Origin: Nitrospirota bacterium
GTDB taxonomy: Bacteria; Nitrospirota; Thermodesulfovibrionia; Thermodesulfovibrionales; Dissulfurispiraceae
Direction: 5' to 3'
Length of the DNA: 64,000 nucleotides
NCBI GenBank assembly: GCA_963790025.1
Contig: CAWBMP010000004.1
Location: 256,001-320,000 of the forward strand
Shown here one piece after another: positions 51,516-62,056 of the stretch. The first letter of the stretch is position 1, and each line of letters opens with the position of its first letter. The notes under the pieces are model-generated. The model was not told the DNA's origin. It worked only from the letters and a program-made list of their open reading frames with translations, and made no database searches. The position numbers and the translations under genes were made by a program.

Positions 51516-51941
51516 TTACATCTTTATCCCTAATCCTTGATCCTTGCTGCCTTTTAGTCGCTCAAAATTATATTTTTTCAGAATTTTTCTGAAATCCTCT
51601 CGTATCTCAACCCATACCGGATGAATGGGGCAGTTGCTGCTGCGTCCGCAAAGCGCTTTATCAAGGGAGCACACATTCATTGCAACCTCGCCTTCTATCG
51701 CCTCCACTACATCAAGCAGGCTAACCTCAGCGGGAACCCGGGCAAGCCGAAAACCGCCTTTGACACCGCGAAATGATTTAACCAGCGAAGCACGGGCGAG
51801 CTTTTGCAGGATTTTAGCCAGAAAACTCTTGGGCACCTGCATTTCTCTGGCGATCTCGTCTATCATCGTTGTCCCTTCGCGTTTCCCTGAGAGGTATAAG
51901 ATACATCTGATAGCATAATCTGTTTCACGCGTAATTTCCAT
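51516..51941 (-). CDS. Rrf2 family transcriptional regulator (3 Cys)
   Basis: TDYAIR, FLAKILQKL, SFRGVKGGFRL, C-x6-C-x5-C. Confidence 0.92.
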   Translation of the reverse strand: MEITRETDYAIRCILYLSGKREGTTMIDEIAREMQVPKSFLAKILQKLARASLVKSFRGVKGGFRLARVPAEVSLLDVVEAIEGEVAMNVCSLDKALCGRSSNCPIHPVWVEIREDFRKILKKYNFERLKGSKDQGLGIKM

Positions 51942-52014
51942 TTGATTATTATAACCTAAACCGTTGTAACCGTTCACCGTCAACTGTCAACGGTGAACGG
52001 TTAACATAGCTGTT

Positions 52015-53043
52015 TTAATACGCTTCCTTGTCACTCATGATCTCATCACCAGAGATGCTATGCCTGAAAATCCGGTATATCCATATTTGGTATGCAATAA
52101 CAACAGGGACAAACAGCAATGCCACTACTGTCATTATCTTGAGTGTGTATATACTCGACGAAGAGTTGAAGATGGTCAGGCTGTAACTGGAATCTATGCT
52201 GGAAGGGATAAGATTTGGATAGAGCCCTATCACGCCTGTAAACGTCACCATTACAATGGTAAGGCAGGAAGCGTAAAATGCAGTTAGATACTGCCCCCTG
52301 GACGCAAAAACCTTTATGCCGAGGAGGCTAAGCACCGCCAGGACGGGGACCAGGAGCCAAATAAGGTTTTTAAAGTAATTTGCGTACAGATGCGTAGCAA
52401 ACCAGGTATAAATCAAAAATGACACTGCGACCACAAGCAGCGGTATCCACACCCCGTTTGCAAAACGCCCTGCTCTTTCACTGAGGCTGTCTTTTGTCTT
52501 GACGGCAAGCCAGAGTGAGCCGTGCTCAAGAAAGAGCAGCACAAAAAAAACGCCGGTGAGCAGACCATACGGGTTCAGAAGGGAAAAGAGTGTCCCATGG
52601 TAACCGTTTCCGTCCATAGGGAGTCCCTCGAAAATATTGCCGAAGGCCACTCCAAACAGAAGCGCAGGCACAAAACTTCCTATAAATATTGCGGCGTCCC
52701 AAGTGCTTACCCATGCCTGGCTGTCGCCCTTTCCCCTGAATTCAAACGCCACTCCCCTGAAGATAAGAGCGAAAAGTATTAACAGCAGCGCCGAATAGAG
52801 ATAACTGAACATTAGCGCATAGGTGGTAGGAAAGGCCGCAAACGTTGCGCCGCCTGCGGTAATAAGCCATACCTCGTTGCCGTCCCAAACAGGCCCGATA
52901 CTGTTTATGATCACGCGCCTCTCCGTGTCATCCCTGCCGAGAAAGCGCTGCAATATTCCAACGCCGAAATCAAAACCATCGAGCATGAAATAAACCGCCC
53001 AGAGCACTCCCCAGAGTATAAACCACACTATTTGATATTCCAT
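52015..53043 (-). CDS. cydB: Cytochrome bd oxidase subunit II
   Basis: LDGFDFG, GPVWDGNEVWL. Confidence 0.95.
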   Translation of the reverse strand: MEYQIVWFILWGVLWAVYFMLDGFDFGVGILQRFLGRDDTERRVIINSIGPVWDGNEVWLITAGGATFAAFPTTYALMFSYLYSALLLILFALIFRGVAFEFRGKGDSQAWVSTWDAAIFIGSFVPALLFGVAFGNIFEGLPMDGNGYHGTLFSLLNPYGLLTGVFFVLLFLEHGSLWLAVKTKDSLSERAGRFANGVWIPLLVVAVSFLIYTWFATHLYANYFKNLIWLLVPVLAVLSLLGIKVFASRGQYLTAFYASCLTIVMVTFTGVIGLYPNLIPSSIDSSYSLTIFNSSSSIYTLKIMTVVALLFVPVVIAYQIWIYRIFRHSISGDEIMSDKEAY

Positions 53044-53044
53044 C

Positions 53045-54406
53045 TCACACCCTCCCCGTCCGTGACGATGCCATAAGTACCGACAGGTCATCGTCGGGAC
53101 CCTTTTTTGCATATTTGCTCAGCAGATAAATATCCACGAATGCCAGCATCCCGTAGACAAGAGTGAATCCCAGAAGGGATCCCCATACCTGAACAGGAGA
53201 AATGGCTTTTGAAACCGCGTCCGATGTCTTCAGTACTCCATATACTATCCATGGCTGCCTGCCGACCTCCGCAACGATCCATCCGAATTGGCCCGCAATG
53301 TATGGCAGCGGAAGCGCAAACAACATAAGTTTGAGAAAGGCCGGGTTGCTTTCCAGTTTGTCTCTCCTCGCAATAATCAATGCTATAGCAGTAAGAAGCA
53401 TGAAAAGCATACCAAGCACAGCCATCATCCTGAAGCTTAAAAAGGTGGGCAGCACCGGCGGACGCTCCTCTTTTTTAAATTCTTTGAGTCCCTTTATTTC
53501 TGCCTGACCATCGTGATATGCGAGCAGGCTCAGGAGATTCGGAATACCGGCAGTTTCTATGCTGTTCTTCTCATTAGCGACATCCGGAACCACAACAAGA
53601 TGATAAGGGACAGCCTTTTGCGTATTCCAGACAGATTCCATTGCGGCTAATTTGGTCGGCTGATACCTGGCAACTTGAGCGGCATGAAAATCTCCTGCGA
53701 TAAAAACCAGCAGAGAACTTGCCAGGCCGAAGGCCGCCGCCATTCTGAAGGAGGCCTTGAAAAACGGTACGTTGTTCTTTCGCAGCAAATGATACGCCGA
53801 TATGCCCATAACAAAAAAGGCGGCAACAACATAGCCTGAGAATAAGGTATGCAGGAATTTAGTCAGTCCGTAGCTGTTTTTCAACAGTGCGCTGAAATCG
53901 ACCATTTCAGCCCTGCCGTTCCTGAGGACATATCCGACAGGATGCTGCATCCAGCCGTTGGCAAGTAGTATCCATAATGCGGAAAGATTAGTGGCCAGGG
54001 CCACCAGCCATATCGAGAGCGCATGTACCTTCTTCGATACCTTGTTCCAGCCAAAAATCCACACCCCTATAAAGGAGGATTCCAGGAAAAATGCCACTGT
54101 CGCCTCAATGGCCAGCGGCGCCCCAAAAATATCACCCACATACTTTGAATACTCCGCCCAGTTCATGCCGAACTGGAACTCCATAGTAATGCCGGTTACT
54201 ACGCCCAGGGCAAAATTTATAAGGAACATTTTCCCCCAGAATTTGGTCATCTTGAGATACATAGCATCGTTTGTACTGACATACCGGCTTTCCATGTAGG
54301 CGACCATAATGGAAAGCCCGAGGGTCAGCGGCACAAAGATAAAATGAAACATTGCCGTAACCGCAAACTGCAGCCTGCTTAACGCCAGTGCATCCATAAC
54401 TTCCAT
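53045..54406 (-). CDS. cydA: Cytochrome bd oxidase subunit I
   Basis: HFIFVPLT, MEFQFG, QPTKLAAME, GRQPW. Confidence 0.95.
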   Translation of the reverse strand: MEVMDALALSRLQFAVTAMFHFIFVPLTLGLSIMVAYMESRYVSTNDAMYLKMTKFWGKMFLINFALGVVTGITMEFQFGMNWAEYSKYVGDIFGAPLAIEATVAFFLESSFIGVWIFGWNKVSKKVHALSIWLVALATNLSALWILLANGWMQHPVGYVLRNGRAEMVDFSALLKNSYGLTKFLHTLFSGYVVAAFFVMGISAYHLLRKNNVPFFKASFRMAAAFGLASSLLVFIAGDFHAAQVARYQPTKLAAMESVWNTQKAVPYHLVVVPDVANEKNSIETAGIPNLLSLLAYHDGQAEIKGLKEFKKEERPPVLPTFLSFRMMAVLGMLFMLLTAIALIIARRDKLESNPAFLKLMLFALPLPYIAGQFGWIVAEVGRQPWIVYGVLKTSDAVSKAISPVQVWGSLLGFTLVYGMLAFVDIYLLSKYAKKGPDDDLSVLMASSRTGRV

Positions 54407-54450
54407 CCTCCTTCTTCCCGCCGTGCTGCTTTACACGAGAAAATTTAATT

Positions 54451-54486
54451 AGGATAAAGCTTATCCTGTTTTAAAAATATTGTCAA
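54451..54486 (-). promoter_or_regulatory. cydA promoter with overlapping palindromic operator
   Basis: Minus strand TTGACA (54486-81), 17 nt, TAAGCT (54463-58); palindrome AGGATAA-AGC-TTATCCT at 54451-54467. Confidence 0.6.
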
Positions 54487-54595
54487 GTTAAATTTACTCT
54501 CAAGTAAAGGATAGCGCTTTTAATGATGAAAAGATAGATAGATGAAAAAAGGGAAAGGGCAAAAGAAAAATGGCAAAAAAATTAATTAAAAATCC

Positions 54596-56293
54596 TTAAA
54601 ATCTTCCGGAACGAATGATAGAGATAATGAGCCATATGCCCAGGAGAAACGCAAAACCGAATGCAGAAAGGGCCAGAAGAGAGAAACCGAAGATAGTGGG
54701 ACCGGCGCCGGAAGCATGCAGTATGGCTGAACTTAAAATCATGGCGCTCACAATCATGGCAAACGAAATGCGATTGCTTGAGCGGTCCATATCCTTTATG
54801 AATTCAGGCAGGTTGCTGTGATGCATCTTCAGATGTATATCGTCTTTCAGAATTTTTCTTATTATTTGTTTCATTTGTCGCGGGAAGATCGACAAGAAAT
54901 CTCCGAACTCCCCGACATTCTCTTTTGCCTTTTCATAGAACCTGGAAGGGCTGATCCGCTCCCGGATAAGTCTGGAGGCATAGGGCTCTGCGGCGGCTAT
55001 GAAATTGAACGCCGGATCAAGCTGCCGTCCTATGTTCTCAAGTATAAGCATCGCCTTGTTGATCAGCAGCAGGTCGGAAGGCATTTTTAAATTGTGCTTT
55101 ATAGCGAGATGGGTGACCATGTCCAGATAGAGGGCAAGATCGAGTTCCTGCAGGGTGAGATCGTAAAGCGGCTCCATAAAATCGACAAGGTCGGCCTTGA
55201 ATTCTCTTCTGAAGATTTCGATATCGGTGTGTTCGGGGACCATGCCGAGGGCCATATACTGCTCAATAAGGCGGTCGAAATCCTTGCGCATAAGGGCCAG
55301 GAACGTATTCGCCATCGTCTCCTTCATTTCATCGGAAACCCTCCCGACTATGCCGAAATCAACAAAGGCAATAGTGCCCGAGGGCATTACAATAATATTG
55401 CCGGGATGAGGATCAGCGTGGAAAAATCCGTCTTCGAGTATCTGTTTAAAAAAAGCATTGACCCCTGTTTCGGCAAGTTTACGCCTGTCGAACCCCATCC
55501 TGTCGATTTCCTCTATGTGGTCAATCCGTATGCCGTGTACGCGTTCCATCACAAGGGCTTTTTCCGTCACGTATTGCGTGTAAATTTTCGGAATATATAT
55601 GTCGGGTTTTTGTTCAAAATTTCTTTTGAACCGGGAACAATTTCTCCCTTCCTCTACGAAATCCAGCTCTTTTCTGATCGTCCTGGAAAATTCATCCACA
55701 ATGCCTATAGGATTAAAGAACCTGCTTTCAGAGACATACCTGTCCAACAGCCTGGCAATCGTAAAAAGAATGTTGATATCCGATTCGATCTGCTCACTGA
55801 TTCCTGGGCGCTGCACTTTCACGATGACGTCAGCGTCCCCGATAAGCGTGGCCCTGTGGACCTGGGCAATGGAAGCTGCGGCTACGGGATTTTCGTCAAA
55901 CATGCTGAAAATATTTTCGAGTGGGCGTTTGAACTCTCCCTCTATGATCTGTCTGGCCTCGGATGCAGGAAATGGCGGCACGTCGTCCTGGAGTTTTTTC
56001 AGCTCATCGGCAAAGGCCACAGAGATCAAATCTGGCCTCGAGGAAAGAAGTTGTCCCAGCTTTATAAAGCTGGGGCCCAGCTCGGCAAAGGCCATTCTGA
56101 GACGTTCAGGCACAGTCGGGCTCGTCAAGGCAGGCCATGCCCCGAACGACCGGAGACGCTTTTTGAAAGGGATATACCTGCCGAGGTGTATCTGTTCGAT
56201 TATCTGACCGAAACCGTGCTTGAGAAATACGTTTATTATACGCCGCAGTCTTTTTCCAGATTTATATGTGCGGGAAAACCCTGAGATATCCAC
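54596..56293 (-). CDS. UbiB/AarF/ABC1 kinase family protein
   Basis: GPSFIKLGQ, AAASIAQVH, VKVQRP, FFHADPHPGN, DFG. Confidence 0.92.
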   Translation of the reverse strand: MDISGFSRTYKSGKRLRRIINVFLKHGFGQIIEQIHLGRYIPFKKRLRSFGAWPALTSPTVPERLRMAFAELGPSFIKLGQLLSSRPDLISVAFADELKKLQDDVPPFPASEARQIIEGEFKRPLENIFSMFDENPVAAASIAQVHRATLIGDADVIVKVQRPGISEQIESDINILFTIARLLDRYVSESRFFNPIGIVDEFSRTIRKELDFVEEGRNCSRFKRNFEQKPDIYIPKIYTQYVTEKALVMERVHGIRIDHIEEIDRMGFDRRKLAETGVNAFFKQILEDGFFHADPHPGNIIVMPSGTIAFVDFGIVGRVSDEMKETMANTFLALMRKDFDRLIEQYMALGMVPEHTDIEIFRREFKADLVDFMEPLYDLTLQELDLALYLDMVTHLAIKHNLKMPSDLLLINKAMLILENIGRQLDPAFNFIAAAEPYASRLIRERISPSRFYEKAKENVGEFGDFLSIFPRQMKQIIRKILKDDIHLKMHHSNLPEFIKDMDRSSNRISFAMIVSAMILSSAILHASGAGPTIFGFSLLALSAFGFAFLLGIWLIISIIRSGRF

Positions 56294-56305
56294 GTAGAAT
56301 AGCTG

Positions 56306-56647
56306 TTACTCTTTTTGCTCGTTTTGCTGTTTTTGCTCTATCTGAGCAATGTCTTCGAGCTTTCTGACACGTACAGAGAGGCTCTGCACCCTTATATTCA
56401 GCAGTTCCAGTTCTTCTTTAGTCGGAATATTTATTTTTTCGAGGGTTTTCGACATAACTTCGGAGAAATTCTTGTTCATGTCTGAGGTGCCTTTGTCAGC
56501 CTTATCAGACCATTCTTTCACCATTTTTGCGCCCTGTGATTCACTCAGTTCGCCTTTCCTGACAAGCTCATCTATAAATTCCTTTACCTTTTCCTGAACA
56601 CCGAATCCAGCGAGAACAGCATTACGCACCAGATCGAAGACCGTCAT
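56306..56647 (-). CDS. Phasin-like (polyhydroxyalkanoate granule-associated type) coiled-coil protein
   Basis: LAGFG..EFIDELVRKGE..NIPTKEEL pattern; upstream of the ubiB-like gene. Confidence 0.7.
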   Translation of the reverse strand: MTVFDLVRNAVLAGFGVQEKVKEFIDELVRKGELSESQGAKMVKEWSDKADKGTSDMNKNFSEVMSKTLEKINIPTKEELELLNIRVQSLSVRVRKLEDIAQIEQKQQNEQKE

Positions 56648-59295
56648 GACATACCCCCCAACTTCTTTTTTACTATATCATAAACCGACTCAAGGGCTTT
56701 GTCCAGAATATCCATGCTCTCAAGGTTAGAAACCCCGCCCTGGGCCATTTCCGCTTTCCCTCCTCCCTTGCCGCCTACCTGAAGGGCTACATTTTTCAGC
56801 AGTTCTCCGGCGCTGAATGTGCCGGCAAGGTCTTTTGTCACCATTGCCAGCATCGCAGCCTGGTCACCCTTGCCGGAGGCCAGCACAATTACACCTGAAC
56901 CAAGCCTGTCCCTGACATTATCTGCAAATACCCTGAGGTCTTTCTGTTCAAGGCCGTCCACGCGGTATGAAAGGACTTTCACTCCCTGGATGTCCCGTAC
57001 CTTATCCATGACCCCCGATGAGTTCTGCGAGGCCGCTTTTGCCTTTAACGTTTCAATTTCCTTATCACTATCTTTTAAGTCGGAAAGCAATTTTTCGACC
57101 CTCTCACGGGGTTTGTCGGTTTTCAGCAGTTCAGCCAGGTCCCTTAGTTCATTGCTCCTCTGTCTCAAGAAATCGAAAGCAGCCATACCGGTAAACGCCT
57201 CTATTCTCCTTATGCCTGAAGCCACACTGCCTTCAGAAACAATAATAAAACTGCCTATATCGCCTGTTGTTTTGCAGTGGGTCCCTCCGCACAGTTCGGA
57301 ACTGAAGCCCGGTACTTTAACTATCCTGACCTTCTCGCCGTACTTCTCTCCGAAAAGAGCGATGACCCCTGATTTCAAGGCATTATGGATGTCGGCAATC
57401 TCTGTCTCGACTCTTATATTTTCGAGGATCTTCCCGTTGACCATGGATTCTATTGACTCTATCTCTTTTCTTTCAAGGGAATAGAAATGTGTAAAATCAA
57501 AACGCATCCTGTCCGGAGCTACATATGAACCAGCCTGTTTCACATGTTCTCCCAGAACTGTCCTCAAAGCCGTATGGAGGAGGTGGGTTACAGTATGATT
57601 ACGGGCAGTAGCTATACGAGTATTCCTGTCGACTGAGCCGTGCACCGCGTCCCACACCTTGAGAGTTCCGCTCTTGATCCTTACTACATGGGCGTGGAGA
57701 CCGACTTCTTTTTTAGTGCTGATAACCTCTGCCTCAATTCCCTCCGAGTAGATTATTCCTGTGTCACCAATCTGCCCCCCTGATTCTCCGTAAAAAGGCG
57801 TCTTGTCCAGGAATAGTTCGACCTCATCTCCAGCTGAAGCAACCGTGACGGCTTTTCCATCTTTCAGAATAGCCTTAACGGTCGATTCCGACTCAAGGGT
57901 CTCATATCCGATAAACTCCGTTTCCCCGATTTCCGAAGCAATCTCCCTGTAAATCGATGCAATCCCTTCATCCTCTCCAACCCAGGAAGCCCGTGCACGC
58001 TCCCTCTGGACTTCCATTTCCTTTTGGAAGCCGTTGTCGTCAATCAGGAGGTTATTATCCATAGCAATGTCCCGTGCAAGGTCCAAAGGGAACCCGAACG
58101 TGTCATATAATTTGAAGAGTTCTTCCCCTGGAATGATTTTGACGGATGTCTTCTTTAACTTGCCTATTATCTCGTCAAGAATTCTCATGCCCTGTTCCAG
58201 CGTCCTGGTGAACCGCTCCTCCTCGAACATCAGGACCTTGCCTGCACGTTCTCTTTCCCGGACCAGTTCAGGGTATACATCACCCATAGCCTCGGCAACG
58301 GAATCCATTAACCGGTACAGGACCGGACCTTCAAGCCCCAATAATTTTGCATGCCGCGAGGCCCTCCTGATAATACGCCTTAGAACATATCCGCGGCCTT
58401 CATTGGAAGGCATCAGCCCATCGGAAAGCAAAAAAGCCATTGACCGGACGTGATCCGCAATGACCCTTATCGACACGGTATCATCGGCATTGCCGCCGTA
58501 TGGTTTTCCCGTTACAGATACAATGGATGAGATTATGGGAGCAAAAATATCGGTGTCGAAATTATTATGCTTCCCTTGCAGCACAGCTGTAATCCTCTCC
58601 AGCCCCATGCCCGTATCGATGCTCGGCTTTGGAAGCGGGGAGAGCACACCGGATTCATCACGGCTGAATTGCATGAAAACAAGGTTCCAGAGTTCCAGAA
58701 ACCGGTCGCAGTCACACCCGATTTTACAGTCAGGCTTTCCACAGCCGACTTCCTCTCCCTGATCGATGATGATCTCCGAGCAGGGTCCGCAGGGGCCGGT
58801 ATCTCCCATTTGCCAGAAGTTGTCCCTGGCCCCAAGCCTGACAATCCTGTCCGGAGCTATATCAGTCAGCTCTCTCCACAAGGCTTCAGCCTCATCATCT
58901 TCGTGGTACACGGTGGCCCAAAGCTTATCCTTGGGAAGTTTGTACCATCCGGTGAGGAGTTCCCAGGCAAAAAGGACCGCGTCCTTTTTAAAATAATCTC
59001 CGAAAGAAAAATTCCCTAACATCTCAAAAAAGGTATGGTGCCGGGCCGTATGTCCCACATTCTCCAGATCGCTGTGCTTGCCGCCGGCACGCATACACTT
59101 CTGGCACGACACCGCTCTCGAAAAAGGCCTTTTCTCCTCTCCGAGGAACACCGACTTAAACTGCACCATCCCGGCATTGGTAAACAGCAACGTAGGGTCC
59201 TTGCTTGGTATGAGCGATGAGCTGCCGACCTTTGCATGCCCTTTGGAGATAAAGAAATCCAAAAAAGAATTCCTGATTTCCGAACTGTCCATCAT
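56644..59295 (-). CDS. alaS: Alanine--tRNA ligase
   Basis: LLFTNAGMVQFK, HHTFFEMLGNFSFGDYFK, ELCGGTH. Confidence 0.97.
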   Translation of the reverse strand: MMDSSEIRNSFLDFFISKGHAKVGSSSLIPSKDPTLLFTNAGMVQFKSVFLGEEKRPFSRAVSCQKCMRAGGKHSDLENVGHTARHHTFFEMLGNFSFGDYFKKDAVLFAWELLTGWYKLPKDKLWATVYHEDDEAEALWRELTDIAPDRIVRLGARDNFWQMGDTGPCGPCSEIIIDQGEEVGCGKPDCKIGCDCDRFLELWNLVFMQFSRDESGVLSPLPKPSIDTGMGLERITAVLQGKHNNFDTDIFAPIISSIVSVTGKPYGGNADDTVSIRVIADHVRSMAFLLSDGLMPSNEGRGYVLRRIIRRASRHAKLLGLEGPVLYRLMDSVAEAMGDVYPELVRERERAGKVLMFEEERFTRTLEQGMRILDEIIGKLKKTSVKIIPGEELFKLYDTFGFPLDLARDIAMDNNLLIDDNGFQKEMEVQRERARASWVGEDEGIASIYREIASEIGETEFIGYETLESESTVKAILKDGKAVTVASAGDEVELFLDKTPFYGESGGQIGDTGIIYSEGIEAEVISTKKEVGLHAHVVRIKSGTLKVWDAVHGSVDRNTRIATARNHTVTHLLHTALRTVLGEHVKQAGSYVAPDRMRFDFTHFYSLERKEIESIESMVNGKILENIRVETEIADIHNALKSGVIALFGEKYGEKVRIVKVPGFSSELCGGTHCKTTGDIGSFIIVSEGSVASGIRRIEAFTGMAAFDFLRQRSNELRDLAELLKTDKPRERVEKLLSDLKDSDKEIETLKAKAASQNSSGVMDKVRDIQGVKVLSYRVDGLEQKDLRVFADNVRDRLGSGVIVLASGKGDQAAMLAMVTKDLAGTFSAGELLKNVALQVGGKGGGKAEMAQGGVSNLESMDILDKALESVYDIVKKKLGGMS

Positions 59296-59309
59296 AGCTC
59301 CCGCATTAT

Positions 59310-59936
59310 TTATTTTGCCAGCGGACCCGTAGCGTGGGCGACCCCCGACAGCTTCCCTTCACGGAAAATAAGCTTCGTCTGGCACAAAGTACCTGAATAA
59401 AGCCATTCCTCCCGGACAGGACCGGAACCTGCCTTGGCAAGCGCCCCGAACACCGAATCGGGTCCTCCCCATGCGTACCTAACTTGCTGACCCGTCATCC
59501 CGGAGACAACCTCTCCTTTGATGATGTTCTGTTGAATTTCGGGAGGAAAGGCCTTTATCTCCTCCATTGTGTATCTGACTGCGGGAGAGCCGTCACTGCT
59601 TTTCGTTCTTCCGGAGTCACTGATGGCAATGCCGAACAATTTCCCGTCACGAAAACTTAATTTTGTCCGGCAGCCCCCAAGGTAAGAATAAGTCCACTCA
59701 TAGCCGCTCTTGCCATCGGGGAGCTGGACAGCCGAATCTTCTTTGGGTCCTCCCCATGCATATCTGACCTGATGCGACGTCATCCCCGTGGAAATCTCTT
59801 CACGAATAATACTTTCCTGAATCTCCGGAGGATAGCTTTTTATCTCCTCGCCGGTATACCGCAATGGAGACGAGGAGCAACCGCCTGCAGCTAATGCAAT
59901 GACACATAATAGACAAAGCCATTTATTCACACTCAT
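59310..59936 (-). CDS. Lipoprotein with two internal SmpA/BamE-like repeats
   Basis: Lipobox-like AGGC; RYT.EEIK..PPEIQ..II..E...GMT..QVRYAWGGP occurs twice. Confidence 0.65.
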   Translation of the reverse strand: MSVNKWLCLLCVIALAAGGCSSSPLRYTGEEIKSYPPEIQESIIREEISTGMTSHQVRYAWGGPKEDSAVQLPDGKSGYEWTYSYLGGCRTKLSFRDGKLFGIAISDSGRTKSSDGSPAVRYTMEEIKAFPPEIQQNIIKGEVVSGMTGQQVRYAWGGPDSVFGALAKAGSGPVREEWLYSGTLCQTKLIFREGKLSGVAHATGPLAK

Positions 59937-60406
59937 TCTCCTCCTTCAAAATATTTTTTCAGTGCCTCTCGTATCTCATCAGCAGTGAATCCCCTCCTCG
60001 AGAGCAATCCCCATAATCTTCTCTTCACAGTATTGTCACTGCAATTCCCCATTAATCTCAGCTTCTTTTCGACCAGCCGCCTTGCTGCGTCTCCATAATC
60101 CTCATCCCGGACAGTCGCAGTATTTATCATCTTCGCGGGGATGCCCCTCTTCAAAAGGTACCTTCTGACACCCTGTGCCCCCAAATGCCTCCTCTCTATG
60201 GCATCTCGCTTAAGCCGTTCAGCAAGCTTACTGTCATCAACAAATCCCTTTTCCTCTATACGAGCGAGAGTCTCGTCAACAATATTTTCCGGGAAGCCTT
60301 TCCCGGTCAGTTTCTGACGCATCTCGCTCATGCTTCTGTCCCTGTAGCCGAGAAGCTTGAGCGCATATTTCAATGCCTTGCCCGAAGTATCGTCCCCGGC
60401 ATCCAC
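59933..60406 (-). CDS. recX: Regulatory protein RecX
   Basis: ALKLLGYRDRS..E, GFVDD, LSRRGF; immediately downstream of recA. Confidence 0.9.
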   Translation of the reverse strand: MDAGDDTSGKALKYALKLLGYRDRSMSEMRQKLTGKGFPENIVDETLARIEEKGFVDDSKLAERLKRDAIERRHLGAQGVRRYLLKRGIPAKMINTATVRDEDYGDAARRLVEKKLRLMGNCSDNTVKRRLWGLLSRRGFTADEIREALKKYFEGGE

Positions 60407-60413
60407 CGCCTGT

Positions 60414-61442
60414 CTATCTCCCGTTTTTTTCCGGCTCAGCAGACTGTACCCGCTTCAGATCGTATGCTTCAATTATTTTCTGCTCTATCTCGGCAGCCAC
60501 AGAAGGATTATTCTTCAGGTGTTCCCGTACATTGTCCCTTCCCTGCCCTATCCTGTTGCCGCCGTAACTGTACCACGCGCCGGCCTTTTCGATAATGCCC
60601 TTTTCGACCCCTAGATCGATAATCTCCCCAGCCTTTGAAACGCCTTCATTAAAATAGATATCAAACTCCGCCTGCCTGAACGGCGGTGCAACCTTGTTTT
60701 TGACAATCTTGACACGCACCCTTCCGCCAATGACCTCCTGACCGTCCTTGAGGTTGTCTATCTTCCTGATATCAAGCCTCATCGAAGCGTAAAACTTCAA
60801 GGCATTTCCGCCTGTTGTCGTTTCAGGATTTCCGAACATGACCCCTATTTTCATCCGTATCTGGTTGATGAAGATTATCGTTGTAAGAGATTTTGAAATG
60901 GCCGCTGTCAGTTTTCTCATGGCTTGGCTCATCAGCCGGGCCTGAAGGCCGGGAAGCGAATCACCCATGTCCCCTTCGATTTCCGCCTTCGGCACCAGGG
61001 CGGCAACAGAGTCCACCACCACTACGTCGACGGCCCCGCTCCTGACGAGAGTTTCAGCAACTTCAAGCGCCTGTTCACCTGTGTCGGGCTGTGATACGAG
61101 AAGGTCTTCCACATTAACGCCCAGCCTTGAGGCGTAATTGATATCAAGGGCATGCTCGGCATCTATAAATGCGGCGACGCCTCCTGTTTTTTGCGCCTCT
61201 GCTATAGCTTTGAGCGCAAGTGTAGTCTTTCCCGAAGACTCTGGCCCGTATATTTCAACTACCCTTCCCCTCGGAAAGCCGCCTATACCTGTAGCGATAT
61301 CCAGCGAGAGCGAACCCGTTGGTATTACCTGTATCCCTTCAGCAACCTGGCCTGCACCTAGACGCATTATGGCCCCTTTGCCGAAGTTTTTTTCTATCTG
61401 GGAAATTGCCATTTCCAGGGCTTTAACTTTATCTTTGTTCAT
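60414..61442 (-). CDS. recA: Recombinase RecA
   Basis: [25 protein letters not shown]. Confidence 0.98.
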   Translation of the reverse strand: MNKDKVKALEMAISQIEKNFGKGAIMRLGAGQVAEGIQVIPTGSLSLDIATGIGGFPRGRVVEIYGPESSGKTTLALKAIAEAQKTGGVAAFIDAEHALDINYASRLGVNVEDLLVSQPDTGEQALEVAETLVRSGAVDVVVVDSVAALVPKAEIEGDMGDSLPGLQARLMSQAMRKLTAAISKSLTTIIFINQIRMKIGVMFGNPETTTGGNALKFYASMRLDIRKIDNLKDGQEVIGGRVRVKIVKNKVAPPFRQAEFDIYFNEGVSKAGEIIDLGVEKGIIEKAGAWYSYGGNRIGQGRDNVREHLKNNPSVAAEIEQKIIEAYDLKRVQSAEPEKNGR

Positions 61443-61444
61443 TT

Positions 61445-62056
61445 TTAAACCTCCAAATTTAATTCCTGATTCGTAATTCCTAATTTAAAGCCGGCTACTT
61501 TTGAATACTCTGCACCGCCCGGTTTCAGCGTACTCTTCATGAGCAGAGTTTCATCAACTTTTATAGTACCAAAAACCGTATCTTTTAATGCTACCCATTC
61601 CCTTATTACCGCATCGAGACCATACCTGCTTACAGCCCTCCTCTCCACTCTCCCGATAGTCAGGTGGGGAGAAAACCGTCTTGTTTCCCTTTCAAACCCG
61701 AGTTCAGCCATCGATTGCTCAATATCACGGTTAAGAAGCTTCAGAGGTCCCGATTCATCTACACCCACCCAGAAAATATTGGGGCGGCGGAGGTCCGGAA
61801 ATCCTCCGGTGCCGCTTACGTTAAGGGCAAACCGGCCATGCTTCCCGCAAACCAGTGAAAGACTTTCTTGTATTTTGGGTACTATAGCTTCTCCGACCTC
61901 TCCCAGAAACTTCAATGTCAAATGGACATTATCCGGGGAAACCCATCGCACGTCTCTGGACAGGTCCCTCACTTTTTCTATTGCGCTGCCGATGGAATGC
62001 CGCACCTCGCAAGAGATATCGAGAGCGATAAAGCATCTCACGCAACTGTCCTCCAC
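61445..62056 (-). CDS. thpR: RNA 2',3'-cyclic phosphodiesterase (2H family)
   Basis: [14 protein letters not shown] and PHLTIGR (two HxT motifs). Confidence 0.9.
   Translation of the reverse strand: MEDSCVRCFIALDISCEVRHSIGSAIEKVRDLSRDVRWVSPDNVHLTLKFLGEVGEAIVPKIQESLSLVCGKHGRFALNVSGTGGFPDLRRPNIFWVGVDESGPLKLLNRDIEQSMAELGFERETRRFSPHLTIGRVERRAVSRYGLDAVIREWVALKDTVFGTIKVDETLLMKSTLKPGGAEYSKVAGFKLGITNQELNLEV

Noticed and set aside
55094..56284. 396-aa plus-strand ORF, and similar antisense ORFs such as 29029-29793 and 29328-30086
   Set aside because: Antisense shadows of well-supported genes with no recognisable motifs.
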